From: Octopus sinensis
Taxonomy: Eukaryota
DNA: 64,000 nucleotides
Direction: 5' to 3'
Assembly: GCF_006345805.1 (NCBI RefSeq)
Contig: NC_043007.1
Location: 18,042,001-18,106,000, forward strand
The notes beneath the pieces were generated by a model. The model was not told the DNA's origin and did not search any database. It saw only the letters and a list, made by a program, of their open reading frames with translations. The stretch's first letter is position 1. Every line of letters begins with the position of its first letter. Below, in pieces: positions 12,643 through 25,492 of this stretch. A program made the position numbers and the translations under genes.

Positions 12643-13176
12643 CCCTTTTGATACAAACCTGGCTGAAACTGGCTCTGGCTCTGTAGTACAAATGTCTTGT
12701 TTTTGTAAATCTTGAATTAAAATCTTCCACCAAACCTTAGTCACAATTTATGTTCCTAACACTAGCTTAATGATAACCAAGTTATTTTACTAAATTCTTT
12801 CATCATCATCATCATCATCATCATCATCGTTTGATGTCTGATTTCCATGCTAGCATGGGTTAGACGATTTGACTGAGGACAGGTGAACCAGATGGCTGCA
12901 CCAGGCTCCAATCTCGATCTGGCAGAGTTTCTACAGCTGGATGCCCTTCCTAACGCCAACCACTCCGAGAGTGTAGTGGGTGCTTTTACATGTCACCGGC
13001 ACGAGGCCCTGTCAGGAAGTACTGGCAATGGCCATGCTCAAATGGTGTTTTTTACATGCCACCGGCACAGGAGCCAGTCCTACAGCACTGGCAACGACCT
13101 CACTCGAATCTTTGTATATCTAAAATAAATTGAACGAAATACAGAGCATCTCAACAGAAATATAGCAACGAAAGGG
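12643..13176. mobile_element. piggyBac-type MITE (family A) interrupted by a family M SINE (~12801-13106, minus)
   Basis: TTAA|CCCTTT...AAAGGG|TTAA ends. A reverse-oriented copy of the same MITE lies at 57835-58044. Confidence 0.8.
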
Positions 13177-13486
13177 TTAAAGGAGACCCTGACAGGGTAT
13201 AGCTATTATATATTTGTGTGTGTGTATATGTGTGTACATCTTCTCCCATAATGATTTAAGTGTTTATTTCTAATTCTCATCTCCTTCCACCTCTTTCTGT
13301 TATTGTAACAATCGTCGGCTTCTCTGTTGCCTCAACAATGCTGAAACCTTTTCTTCTACTTTTGTTTTTATACCTCTTTCTGCTCATTGTTAACAGCTTT
13401 ACTATTTCTTCTGTGGTTGCTTCCTTTTTTATCACCTGCTTTTATTGCTCTCCAGTCATTTTAACTTCTCCTTATTACTTCTCTCT

Positions 13487-13599
13487 GTCTATGTATGTAT
13501 GTATGTATGTATGTATGTATGTATCTACCTACCTACCTGTCTGTCTGTCTGTCTGTCTATCTGTCTGTCTGTCTGTCGATCTGTCCATCTATCTGCCTG

Positions 13600-13635
<36 letters not shown>

Positions 13636-13636
13636 C

Positions 13637-13675
<39 letters not shown>

Positions 13676-13716
13676 CCTACCTACCTACCTATCTATCTAT
13701 CTATCTACCTATCTAT
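13487..13716. repeat. Compound tetranucleotide microsatellite (TATG)n-(TCTG)n-(TCTA)n
   Basis: Directly visible. It explains ORFs 13260-14069, 13445-13867 and 13495-13896. Confidence 0.95.
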
Positions 13717-15341
13717 TTTACAGCCTCTTACTTCATCTCATGTGCTTCTCTCCCTTTTCTTTGTCTTCTTTTCTCTTTTGCTCTCTATCTCTCTCACTCT
13801 TTCAGAGTTTTTTTTCCTTATCCCTCTTGTTTTTTTTTTATCTTCCCTATCACTCTTACAACTCTGACACTGTTACCCCCTTTCCACTGTCTCTGACTGA
13901 CTGTCCGTCCGTCTGTCACTCTCCCTTCTCTCTTTCTCTATCTCTCGTTTCTCCTTTCTTCCAATTTCTCTCTCTCCTTCCTTCATCACTCTACTCTAAC
14001 ACTATTAATCCCTCTTACTTACATTTTCTTTCATCTCATTACCTAATGTATTTGTCAATGTCTTTCTGACCCTTATCTTCTCCCCCTATCAAATCTTTCT
14101 ATCCGGGGGGGGGGGGTTGTCTTGTTTTCTTTCAGTTTTTTACTTTATCTTTTTTGCTTTCTCTCTCCCCCTCTCTCCCTATCGATATCTATTTCTTTCT
14201 TTCTCCCATTCTTCCTCTTCCCTTTCTCACTCTCTTTCACTCTGTCTTTTTCTTTCATTCAATCTTCTTTACCCCTCTAATCTTATCAACACCTCTTTGT
14301 TTCTCTTTCTCTCACTTCTCGTCTGCTTCTCAGTGGCTCTCACATTCATTCTATCAAGTTCTCTTTCTTTCTTTCACTCTTCTTCTCCCTGATTTATCAT
14401 TTAACTCATTCACACCACTCCACCCTTACATCTCAGACATCACTCACTATTCCTCATTATTATTCACAAAAACTTAGACATCTATGTTATTATGAGCTGA
14501 CCCTATGTCAAAGTTCTTACCTGTAGCACATGAGTTAATGTGAGGTCTCAAGGTTATTACTTAACCTGCAAGAAATAGCAGCAAAATATTTCCTCATAGT
14601 GTTCATGTGTGTGTGTGTGCGTGCAGATATATGCATCCATCCCCTATACAATTGCACCTAACCATTTGAAAATTGGCCCATATCTTCTATTGAACTGTAG
14701 TCTTGCTGGAAGACACCTTGAAAGGTTTCGTTAAACTAATTGGCCCCAGTATATACTTTAAGTATGGTACCTATTCTATCAGTCTCGTTTTCCCAGCTGC
14801 TAAGTTACACCAGTCATGAAGTGATGCGGAATGAACACACACTCATAAATATGTACATATATGTATAGTACAAAGTAAGATAGGGATTATGAGTGTAACC
14901 CACTATGGGATATCATTTATCCAATATACTGTTGGTAAAGTACCCAAATTCTTAATACATAAATGTTTTTAATTGCAATGCAATTAAGTAATTTATTGTA
15001 TTGTAAAATGAATAAATAATCCAACATTACAACATCCGAAAGTTGATGAACAAACCAAATTTGTTTCTCCATTTTCTTATTTGTATTATATATATGTATA
15101 TATATATATATATGATGGACTATCATACAGTTTCTGTCTACCAAATAACTCACAAGGCATTGGTTGGTCTGAGTTTATAGCAGAAGACACTTGTTTAAAG
15201 TGCCGTGTAGAAGGACTGAACTAGCGACCAAATAGTTTCAAAGTGACCTTCTTAACCACACAGCCATACCTGCACCGATATATTCAATATTTTGCAAGTA
15301 ATCTGCTGCTGACCATTACAGTTTGCTTCCACACAGTTTCT

Positions 15342-15746
15342 TATTTCTTTACTGCTCACAAGGGGCTAAACACAGAGGAGACAAACGGATTAAGTCGATT
15401 ATATTGACCCCAGTGCATAACTGGTACTTATTTAATCAACCCCGAAAGGATGAAAGGCAAAGTTGACCTCGGTGGAATTTGAACTCACAACATAACGGCA
15501 GGCGAAATATCTATTTCTTTACTACCCACAAGGGGCTAAACATAGAGGGGACAAATAAGGACAGACAAACGGATTAAGTTGATTATATTGACACCAGTGC
15601 ATAACTGGTACTTATTTAATTGACCCCGAAAGGATGAAAGGTAACGTTGACCTTGGCGGAATTTGAACTCAGAACATAGCGGCAGACGAAATACTGCTAA
15701 GCATTTCGCCCGGCGTGTTAACATTTCTGCCAGCTCACATAGAGAA
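15342..15746 (-). mobile_element. Family N SINE dimer
   Basis: One head and two bodies, with the junction near 15510. 18-bp TSD tgcttccacacagtttct at 15324-15341 and 15747-15764. Confidence 0.85.
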
Positions 15747-16614
15747 TGCTTCCACACAGTTTCTGTCTACCAAATTCATTTACAAGGCATTGGTATACCT
15801 GTGGTTATATAGAAGACACTTGTCCAAGGTGCTGTGCAGTGAAACTGAGCTCAAAACCATGTGGTTGCAAAGCGATCTTTTTAACTATCCAACCATGCCT
15901 ACACCTACTTTTCTGTCTGTTTCTTGATATTCTTTTTCATATCTTTCATTATCTTTTTCATATCTTCCACTCCTCAAATTAGACACACAGTGGGAGACTT
16001 GCATGCATGGGCAATTGCCAATCTTCCTCAAAACATTTTACCCAGACCTACACACACATATACAGGGTCAGTATTGACTGAAAGAGAGCTTACTTGAATT
16101 GCTTCCTCATAATTTTAATAACCACATTCCCAACTTGCCTTTATTTCCCAATTATATTTCTATTTCAAATTATGTTTCTTCAATTTCTCTTTTAGCTTTA
16201 TAATTACTTTTTAATTAATCATGTTTCTTTCAATAATGCCATGGGAAAAAAATCCCTATACTAATAACATCCTGTCAAATAAAAGCATGTTCTAAATATG
16301 GTAGAATGACATGCCTAAATTGCTACTTGCGGAAAACCTGAGACTTAGCAGTGAAGATGAGGGTTACCTTGAGCAGATTGCAACCAGCAGATCGCAACCA
16401 GACTACAAATAATAAACTGGGAACACTTGGGTGACAACAGGTATGAATAGAATGTTTCAGGTTGCAAATAGAGAACTAGAGACACACCTTGAATAGAATG
16501 TTACTAGACAAAATGATCATAGGCAACTGGAGACACCTGTTAAGCAACAGGCTCACTTTGAACAGAATGTTACCAGATAGAATACTGCAAGTCAGACGTC
16601 AAATTTATACCATC

Positions 16615-16940
16615 TGAGACCCCCTTCGGTCACGACACTGACCATGGGATTGCACCTAGAAAGTTACCCTCCCACACACAAGTCTGGGCAAGACTGTTTA
16701 TGGAAGACCAGCAGTCGCCCATGCATACCAGCCTCCCCTCTCCATGCCACCAGTGTTATCCAAGGGAAAGACAAAGGCCGATACAGCTTGGCACCTGTGA
16801 CATCGCAACACATTTCTACAGCTGAGTGAACTGGAACAACGTGAAATAAAGTGTCTTGCTCAAGAACACAACACGCAGCCCGGTCCGGGATTTGAGCTCA
16901 CAACCTCACGATTGTAAGCTTGACGCTCTAACCATAGAGT
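16615..16940 (-). mobile_element. tRNA-headed SINE with a second CORE-like body
   Basis: Minus strand reads ggttagagcgtcaagcttacaatcgtgaggttgtgagctcaaatcccgg...gttgtgttcttgagcaagacactttatttcacg. The same head occurs at ~33440-33570. Confidence 0.7.
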
Positions 16941-18497
16941 GACAAAAGAAAAAAAAGGAGGCTTGTCAGAGAACATGTCCTATTCTGATTAACAAAAAGA
17001 GATTCACACCATTCAAATTGATTTTATAATATCAGTAGAGCTCCCAGATCATGCCAGGGTCAAAGAGTTCTTTAGTGTTGTTAAAACCAAAATGATTTGT
17101 GGTCCTTGTATTATAGCCAACAAGAGTTTACCTACCATAAGAAAAGAAAAAAAAAAAAGAAAAAGAAAAAGAAGCATGAAACAGTTCCTGCGATTAATTT
17201 TTCAAGACTAATTTTCAAGGAAACCCAAACATATGATGAAAGGTATCTTTCCTATAGAAGAAGAGTAAGGTGACAGAGTTTTTCCAAACATTGGTTGAAT
17301 TGCTTAAAATGAACAACAGGTAGATAATTGTCTACTACTAACACCTGACCAATGTACACCTTAATGTGGAGTTCTGCAATTCAATGAAGACTATCAAATA
17401 TGTCTGTAAACAAGTTAGCAAGAGTTCTGATCCTACCTATTTCTTTACTACCCACAAGGGGCTAAACACAGAGAGGACAAACAAACAAGGACAGACAAGT
17501 GGATTAAGTCGATTATATCGACCCTAGTGCATACCTGGTACTTAATTTATATATATATATATAATGAGGCACTGTGGTTAAGAAGCTAGCATTGCAGCCA
17601 TGTGATTTTGAGTTACGATAGCCCAGGGGCGATCAATGCCTTGTAAGTGAATTATACGGAAACTGTGAGGGAGCCCGTCGTTCATATATGTGTGTGTGCG
17701 TGCCTCGTCTGTGTTTATTCCCACTACACTGCTTGATAACCGGTGTTGGTTTGTTTATGTACCGGTTCGGGAAAAGAGAATGGTAGAATAAATACTGGAC
17801 TTTGAAATTATCAACCCCGAAATGATGAAAAGCAAAGCCGACTTCGGCGGAATTTGAACTCAGACGAAATATGGCTACACATTTCACCCGCGTGCTAACA
17901 TTTCTGCCAGCTCGCCGCCTTATGATCCTACCATTTTTGCTCTGGCACTGCAAAACAGCTGTGATGAAGTTATGCTTTTCTAGCAGAAACAATGTATCAG
18001 CAACAATGAGATTTGGTTGCTTTTTGGACCTTTGCATTCGTGAAAGCTACAAGCTATTATCTGGCAGGTGAATGTTCAACAGGTTTATACCAGTTCAACA
18101 ACTGATGAATACCCAAGCATTCATCCCTCTGTCCTATATCCCCTTTATTACTTCTATCTCCCTCCCTCTCCCCCTCCCCATCCCCCCCTCTCCCACCCAC
18201 ACATTAACAAGTCTGATACAGTTCCATGCAAATTTCACAAGTGCACGGGATGAACTTATCTGTTACACATGTTTGTCCACTCATTCATTCATTCATTCAT
18301 TCATTCATTCATTCATTCATTCATTCATTCATTTATTCATTCATATATATAAATATACGTTATATATTCGTTTTGCGAGATATATATATGTAGATATATA
18401 TAAATATAAATAAATATATATATATATAAATATTTATATATATCTACATATATATATTTATATTTATATATATCTACATATATATATATATATATAT

Positions 18498-18895
18498 GCG
18501 CAGGAGTGGCTGTGTGGTAAGTAGGTTGCTTACCAACCACATGGTTCCAGGTTCAGTCCCACTGCGTGGCACCTTGGGCAAGTGTCTTCTACTATAGCCT
18601 CAGACCGACCAAAGCCTTGGGGGTGGATTTGGTAGACGGAAACTGAAAGAAGCCCGTCGTATATATGTATATATATATATGTGTGCGTGTATGTTTGTGT
18701 GTCTGTGTTTGTCCCCTTAGCATTGCTTGACAACCGATGCTGGTGTGTTTATGTCCCCATAACTTAGCGGTTCAGCAAAAGAGACCGATAGAATAAGTAC
18801 TGGGCTTACAAAGAATAAGTCCCGGGGTCGAGTTGCTTGACTAAAGGCGGTGGTCCAGCAAGGCCGCAGTCAAATGACTGAAACAAGAAAAAAAG
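18498..18895 (+). mobile_element. Family C SINE
   Basis: Full-length match to the 1681-2070 copy, opposite strand. Confidence 0.85.
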
Positions 18896-18935
18896 TTTAA
18901 AAAATAAATAAAAAGAGTATATATATATATATATA

Positions 18936-19121
18936 CGATATATCGCTAGCCACTATACCTTTTCCTATTTTCTCTCCCTGTTTATTTCTGTGTTCCTTTC
19001 TGTCGAAGAGCGTAGGCTCTAAACCTAAAAGACTTTCTCATTTCCTAAACATTAAACTAATATATCTGTTTGTTGATAACACACCTGTCTTCGTCTTTTG
19101 TTATTTTTGTAAATTCTCACT
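18936..19121 (+). mobile_element. Penelope-like terminal-repeat fragment with hammerhead-like motif
   Basis: Homologous to ~23337-23590 (minus). Contains gaagagcgtaggctc(g)aaac and ends in (TA)n. Family assignment is from memory. Confidence 0.5.
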
Positions 19122-19126
19122 ATATA

Positions 19127-19214
<88 letters not shown>

Positions 19215-19240
19215 TATATATATATATATATATATATTTA

Positions 19241-19600
19241 CTCTCTTTTACTCTTTTTTACTTGTTTCAGTCATTCGACTGCGGCCATGCTGGAGCACCA
19301 CCTTTTAGTACTTATTCTATCGGTCTCTTTTTGCCGAACCGCTAAGTGACGGGGACGTAAACACACCAGCATCGGTTGTCAAGCAATGCTAGGGGGACAA
19401 ACACAGACACACAAACACACACACATATACATATATATACATATATACGACAGGCTTCTTTCAGTTTCCGTCTACCAAATCCACTCACAAGGCATTGGTC
19501 GGCCCGGGGCTATAGCAGAAGACACTTGCCCAAGATGCCACGCAGTGGGACTGAACCCGCAACCGTGTGGTTGGTTAGCAAGCTACTTACCACACAGCCA
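19241..19600 (-). mobile_element. Family C SINE
   Basis: Near-identical to 1681-2070. Confidence 0.85.
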
Positions 19601-19601
19601 C

Positions 19602-19637
<36 letters not shown>

Positions 19638-20084
19638 TTACATACATACAAATTTGTACATGGATTAGTTACAGGATTCATTAGTGTTCTTTTATTACAT
19701 ACACGTATGCATATAATTTGATTTTAATGGTGGGAATTACAGGAGCTAAAGATATAAATAACAGCATTATTGGTCTGATGTTCACATGGCATTATTTATA
19801 GCTTTAGCTACTTTGAATTGCACTTTAGAAAATAAATTATTTCACACCCAAGTTTCTAAATTTGTATGACATAAGAAACATATACACATATACATATATA
19901 TACATATATATATATATATATGTAAATGTAAAAAAATACAAACTGGGACAAGAACGTGAAACATTTAGAAGACGATACAAAAAACACGGACAGGACATTC
20001 GAAGCCTTCAATCTTCAATCAAGAACCGGATCATCTTCGCAATTTTGGCTGATTAATCTTGATATATATATATATATATATATA

Positions 20085-20516
20085 TCATTATCATCATCAT
20101 CGTCGTCGTCATTGTCATCGTTTAACGTCCGCTTGGCATGGGTTGGAGAGTTTGACTGAGGACTGGCAAGCCAGAAAGCTGCTCTAGGCTCCAATCTAAT
20201 CTGGCAAAGTTTCTACAGCTGGATACCCTTCCTAACTCCAACCACTCTGAGAGTGCAGTGGGTGCTTTTACATGCCATCGGCATGAGGGGCCTGTCAGGT
20301 GGTTCTTGGAGCAACCACACTCAAAAGGTGTTTTTTATGTGCCATCTGCATGGGAACCAGTTTGGCGGCATTGGCAACGGCCATGCTCGAATGTTATTTT
20401 TCATGTGCCAGTAAAGGCGACACTGGCAACAATCACACTCAAATAGTGCTTTTTACGTGCCGCTGGTACGGGAGCCAGTCAGCAACCCTGGCAACGATCA
20501 CATTCAGATAGTGCTT
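20085..20516 (-). mobile_element. Family M SINE, truncated at the piggyBac TTAA
   Basis: (CAT)n tail and conserved block. VNTR units run up to ttaa at 20517-20520. Confidence 0.75.
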
Positions 20517-20520
20517 TTAA

Positions 20521-21706
20521 CCCCTTGATGCCAGTATTACTTGAAGCATACGAAACACTGCTCTGTGTTTTTTTTATCTAATGAGGCCACACAAACAAAC
20601 AAGTGCCAATGACCTCGCCTCTATTTACATTCACCATTACAATAACATAGCGTCGTACATTTACGTCTACCGGTTTATGAAAACAAACTATGTGGAGCTA
20701 TTTATCATAATATGATATGCATGAGTTATTCTGCTCAAGTTCAAAAAATAGCTTGCATGTAGTGCAACTCAAAACACGATATTATGCAAAGGGACACATC
20801 ACAGTCCGGACAACGATATCCGGTTTTGCACCTACAGTGGTGTGAGGTGCATGCAACACATTTCCTTGCCAGGTTCTGCTTTTTTTTCATTGGTATTATG
20901 AAGTGCGAGAAATGTCCTCATTGGTTCAGAAGCCAGTTTGGAGATGGTCGGTCGTGAGGACGTCCATGTGTTCGATAGTTGGGCAGCTCAGAAACTTTGA
21001 TAATTTCATTTATCAAAGCCTCGCAAAATGTACGTCCAGTTGCTTCGCAACCCAGCATCACCGGATCAGATGTGTGTTCACGAGTGCCATATCCACAATG
21101 TACAAAAATATTTTTTTGTACCATTTTCCGAATCTTCGTGCAGATTTGTGCATGGTAGCCAGCTGATTGGATCTATCCAACCCACTCATTGCTCTGTTGT
21201 AGTCCTGTACAGCATCGGGTTTTATGATGGAGTCCCCTGCACGATTTCGCTTGCCAGTTTCAGACATTGCAGCAGAGTGCATCGTTCTCAGCATGGTCAC
21301 GTACTTTCTGTCTCGCCAGACCAACACCAGGAGGCCACTGTCCATCGAACGGTATGCAAATTCTCCTTTCTCAAGTTTTGGCTTTCAAAGATTGAGGGCA
21401 TATTCCTCCTGAAAGTGCGGACCATCCCACAGGCATTCTCCTGGCCTGCAGCTGCTGAAACAAGTCGGGACTGGAAAACCAGTTATCCATATAAATGCTA
21501 TACCCTTTGTCTAATAGTTCATCATTCAATGACATGACGACATTAGTTGATGCTAGAATGTCTGTGACCCTGTCCTCGCCAGTATATATTTTATAGTTCC
21601 AAGTATAGCCACATGTGACACCGGATGACTGACAAGCTTTATATACTTTCATTCCAAAGTAGGGTTGTACTGTCTGAATCGCAACCGCCCCTTGAATTTC
21701 CAGAGA
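20521..21706 (-). mobile_element. piggyBac (PGBD4-like) transposase remnant, 3' half with right terminus
   Basis: Translations KFKGRLRFRQYNP, GYTWNYKIYTG, KGYSIYMDNWFSSPDLF, KPDAVQDYNRAMSGLDRSNQ, KWYKKIF and Cys-rich RKCVAC...CPDCDVSLCIISCF. Terminus is TTAA|CCCCTT. Frameshifted. Confidence 0.9.
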
Positions 21707-21777
21707 CTGTTTCTTTTCCCTAATAGCCTTGTCAACAACATTGTTCCACCACCACATTACCTTGGGTTGAGAGAGAA

Positions 21778-21840
21778 CTTCATTAGGTGTCTTGTGGAAA
21801 TTTTGAACCTGGGTTTTCATTCCTGAGGTATTTTTCGATG

Positions 21841-21888
<48 letters not shown>

Positions 21889-21959
21889 TCTCTGCCAGGA
21901 TTCAAACTCAGAATCTTGGGGTTAGTAGCCTGCGCTCTTAACCACCACGCCATATGCCC
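21778..21959 (-). mobile_element. tRNA-headed SINE, 3'-truncated
   Basis: Minus strand reads gggcatatggcgtggtggttaagagcgcaggctactaaccccaagattctgagtttgaatcc, then (AAT)n and a short body. Confidence 0.65.
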
Positions 21960-22595
21960 AATGGCATGTGGTGTGGTGGTTAAGAACAGTAAAAAAAAAT
22001 ATCAATGCTAATTTATTGATGCATTTGGGAAAGTCTATGTCTGTATTATCAGATAATTTTTTTAAAAAAATCTTTAAAAGAATTCAAAACTCTGCAAAGA
22101 TCCGGTACAAATTCTTCATGGTTCAAAACGCTGGTTACTTTTTACTTAACCTGATAGTTTCTGTCTACCAAATCCACTCAGAAAGCTTTGGTTGACCTGA
22201 GGCTATAGTGGAAGACACTTGCTCAAGTTGCCATGCAGTGGGACTGAACCCGAAACCATGTGGTTTCAAGCAAACTTCTTACCACACAACTACACTTGCA
22301 TCTCTCTCTCTCTCCACACACACACACAAACACACATTCTTGATTGTTACTATATTTCATTGATTCCAGAGGGATGACAGGCAAAGTTGACCATGATGGA
22401 ATTTGTGCTGAGAATGTAAAGAATTTAAAAAAGTATTTTGCAGTTTTTCTTTCATCTCTTTTATATTCTGGGCTAAAATTCCATTCCACTTTACCTTTCA
22501 TTCCTCATGGGCCAACGTAATAAGGTACCAGTAAAATACTGGAGTCAATGCAATTGAATAAACCCCTCTACTAAGTTTCAGGGCTTGTGCTAATG

Positions 22596-22821
22596 TATTT
22601 CTTTACTGCCCCACAAGGGGCTAAACATAGAGGGGACAAACAAGGACTGACAAAGGGATAAAGTTGATTACATCGACCCCGTTGTGAAACTGTTACTTTA
22701 TTTATTGACCCTGAAAGGATGAAAGGCAAAGTCGACCTCGGCAGAATTTGAACTCAGAACGTAACGGCAGACAAAATACGGCTACGCATTTTGCCCGGCG
22801 TGCTAACGTTTCTGCCAGCTC
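22596..22821 (-). mobile_element. Family N SINE monomer
   Basis: Matches 3561-3791. Confidence 0.85.
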
Positions 22822-23336
22822 AACTATATATGTATTTTTCTGGACTTCCATGTTAGCTTGGCAATAACTATTAATACCCAATACTGCTGCCATAGCCTCC
22901 TTTAGAGCGATTTAGAAATAATAATATTTCTATATATGTATGTATATATAATTATATTCATACATGTGAGTGTGTGTGTGTGTGCATGTGAATGTGTGTA
23001 TGTGTTTGTGTGTGTGTGTTAGTGTGTGTGTGTGTGCATCTTTATCTGTATCTTTTACTTATTTCAGTCATTAGACTGTGGCCATGCTGGGGCAGCATCT
23101 TGAAGAATTTTGGTTGAATGAATCGACCCCAGTACTTATTGTTTTGTTTTTAATCCCGGTAGTTATTTTATCAGACTCCTTCACTGAACTGCTAAGTTAC
23201 AGAGATGTAAACACTCCAACGCCGGTTGTCAAACAGTAGCGGCGGATAGACACAGACACAAAGACACACACACACAGACACATACATGCACACACACACA
23301 CACACACGCACACACGGCAGGTTGCTTTCAATCTCT

Positions 23337-23590
23337 GGGGAGAGTTTACGAAAAAAACAAAAGACGAAGACAGGTGGTGTACAAAACAAACAGATGTATT
23401 AGTATAACGCTCAGGAATAGAAAAAGTCTTTTACGTTTCGAGCCTACACTTTTCTACAGAAAGGGACGCAGAAAAAAAACAAGGAGACAAAAAAATGTGT
23501 GTAGTGGCTAACGATCTATCATGGCGACTGCCAGACAGAAGGGTCACACAGGAGAGCGAAGAAGTAGGGGAGAAAACAAAGTAAAGACGA
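23337..23590 (-). mobile_element. Penelope-like terminal-repeat fragment with hammerhead-like motif
   Basis: Homologous to 18936-19121. Minus strand reads cccttttctgtagaaagtgtaggctcgaaacgtaaaagac. Confidence 0.5.
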
Positions 23591-24015
23591 TCCCCATTTC
23601 TGTCTACCTAACCCATTTACAAGTTTTTGGTCAGCCTGAGGCTAAGGTAGAAGGCACTTGCTTAAGGTCCCACACAGTGGGACTGAACCCAGGACCATGT
23701 GGTTGGGAAACAAGCTTCTTACCATACCTGCCTGCACGTATGTATGAATATATCTGTAGTGCCAGCTTAACTACACGAGTGGTACAAAAGCCAGCTTCAT
23801 CTAAGCTCCATCTCTCTAACACTTGTCAGGTTTTATAGTGTGTCTTCTATTAAATACAACAATGAGGGAGTCTCTATGAGGTCATTCAAGCTGCTAAAAA
23901 TACCAGCCAAATATTTGAGATATCGCACAGAATATCTAGAAATAAATATGGGATGGTTATAACTGGAATATTTTTGATCATAGGTCTACTCAACTAGGAT
24001 TGCTGAGGGACTTAT

Positions 24016-24375
24016 ACAACAATGATGATGATGATGATGATGATGATGGCGAAGGTGGTGGTAGTAGTGTCTGTGGAGGTGGCAGAGGTGGTAGTGACGA
24101 CAACCACCACCACCAACACCACAACTACCACCACTGCCGCCACCACGACCACAAGCACCACCACCAGCACCACAACCACCATCACCACGACCACCACTAG
24201 CACCAGCACCACCAGCACCACCGCCACTGCCACCAGCACCACCACCACCAGCAGCATCACCACCACCACCACCGCCACCACCACCGCCACCACCACCACC
24301 ACCACCACCGCCGCCGCCACCACCACCACCACCACCACCACTGCTACCACCGCCACTGCCGCCAATAACAACAAA
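24016..24375. repeat. Degenerate trinucleotide repeats (GAT)n, (GGT)n, (CAC/ACC)n
   Basis: Directly visible. Source of the Thr-, His- and Val-rich ORFs. Confidence 0.9.
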
Positions 24376-24818
24376 GTATTTTAGTCTTTGAGTTGAAAAG
24401 ACCTCACTCCATTTCTAGCTACTTCTTATCTGGGACAACGATACCCTTTTGAGAGAATTTCTTATCTCAAATATATTATTTTTTCTTTCCCAATGAAATG
24501 AACTTCACTTCACCACTTGTAATGCTTTAATCACTGAATACTGTTGATATCTCATTAGTTTTTGGTATGTTTCTAGTTCTTAGAAACACATCTACATTTT
24601 GCAGCATTCAGTGACTTATTAAGCATCATGAATATTCAACGATGCTTCCATCTTACCTGGAAACATGCGTATGCATTCATGAGCATGTATGTGCATTATA
24701 TTTGTGTGTGTGTGTGTGTGTGTGTGTACGCATAAATACCTGTCATGAAAATAATTTGTAAGCAAGCCAATGTAAGTTTGAACACTAATTAGAATAAATA
24801 ATAATTAGCAACAGGGGT

Positions 24819-25239
24819 AGGCATAGGAGTGGCCGTTTGGTAAGTAGCCTGCTTATGAACTACATGGTTCTGGGTTCAGTCCCACTGCGTAGCACCTTGG
24901 GCAAATGTCTTCTACTATAGCCTCGGGCCGACCAAAGCCTTATGAGTGGATTTGGTAGATGGAAACTGAAAGAAGCCCGTCGTATACATGTGTGTGTGTA
25001 TATATAAATAAATATATATGTATGTCTGTGTATATGTTTGTGTGTTTGTGTTTATCCCCCCAACATCACTTGACAACTGATGCTGTTGTGTTTATGTCCC
25101 CGTAACTTAGCGGTTCAGCAAAAGAGACCAATAGAATAAGTACTAGGCTTACAAAGAATAAGACCTGGGGTTGATTTGCTCAACTAAAGGCAGTGCTCTA
25201 GCATGGCCACAGTCACATGACTGAAACAAATAAAAGAGT
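24819..25239 (+). mobile_element. Family C SINE
   Basis: Full-length match to the family C consensus. Confidence 0.85.
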
Positions 25240-25492
25240 AACAGGAACAGTGTTAATATCGGCTTCAAATTTTGGCACAAGGCCAGCAATTTTGGGGTGT
25301 AGGTAACTGGATTACATCAACTCCAGAACTCAGCTGGTACTTATTTTATTGACCCTGAAAGATTGACAGGCAAAGTTTGACCTCAGCAGAATTTGAACTC
25401 AGAATATGAAGACAAATGAAATGTTACTAAGCATTTTCTCTGGTATGCTAATGAGTCTGCCAGCTCTCAGCCTTTTTAGAAAGCAGTATTAA

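Noticed and set aside
21371-21820. Domesticated PGBD4-like host gene
   Set aside because: The ORF is a chimera, the transposase is frameshifted and lacks its N-terminal half, and the TTAA terminus is still attached.
24000-24384. Mucin-like Thr-rich or His-rich protein
   Set aside because: Pure trinucleotide low complexity open on both strands, with no signal peptide or splice context.
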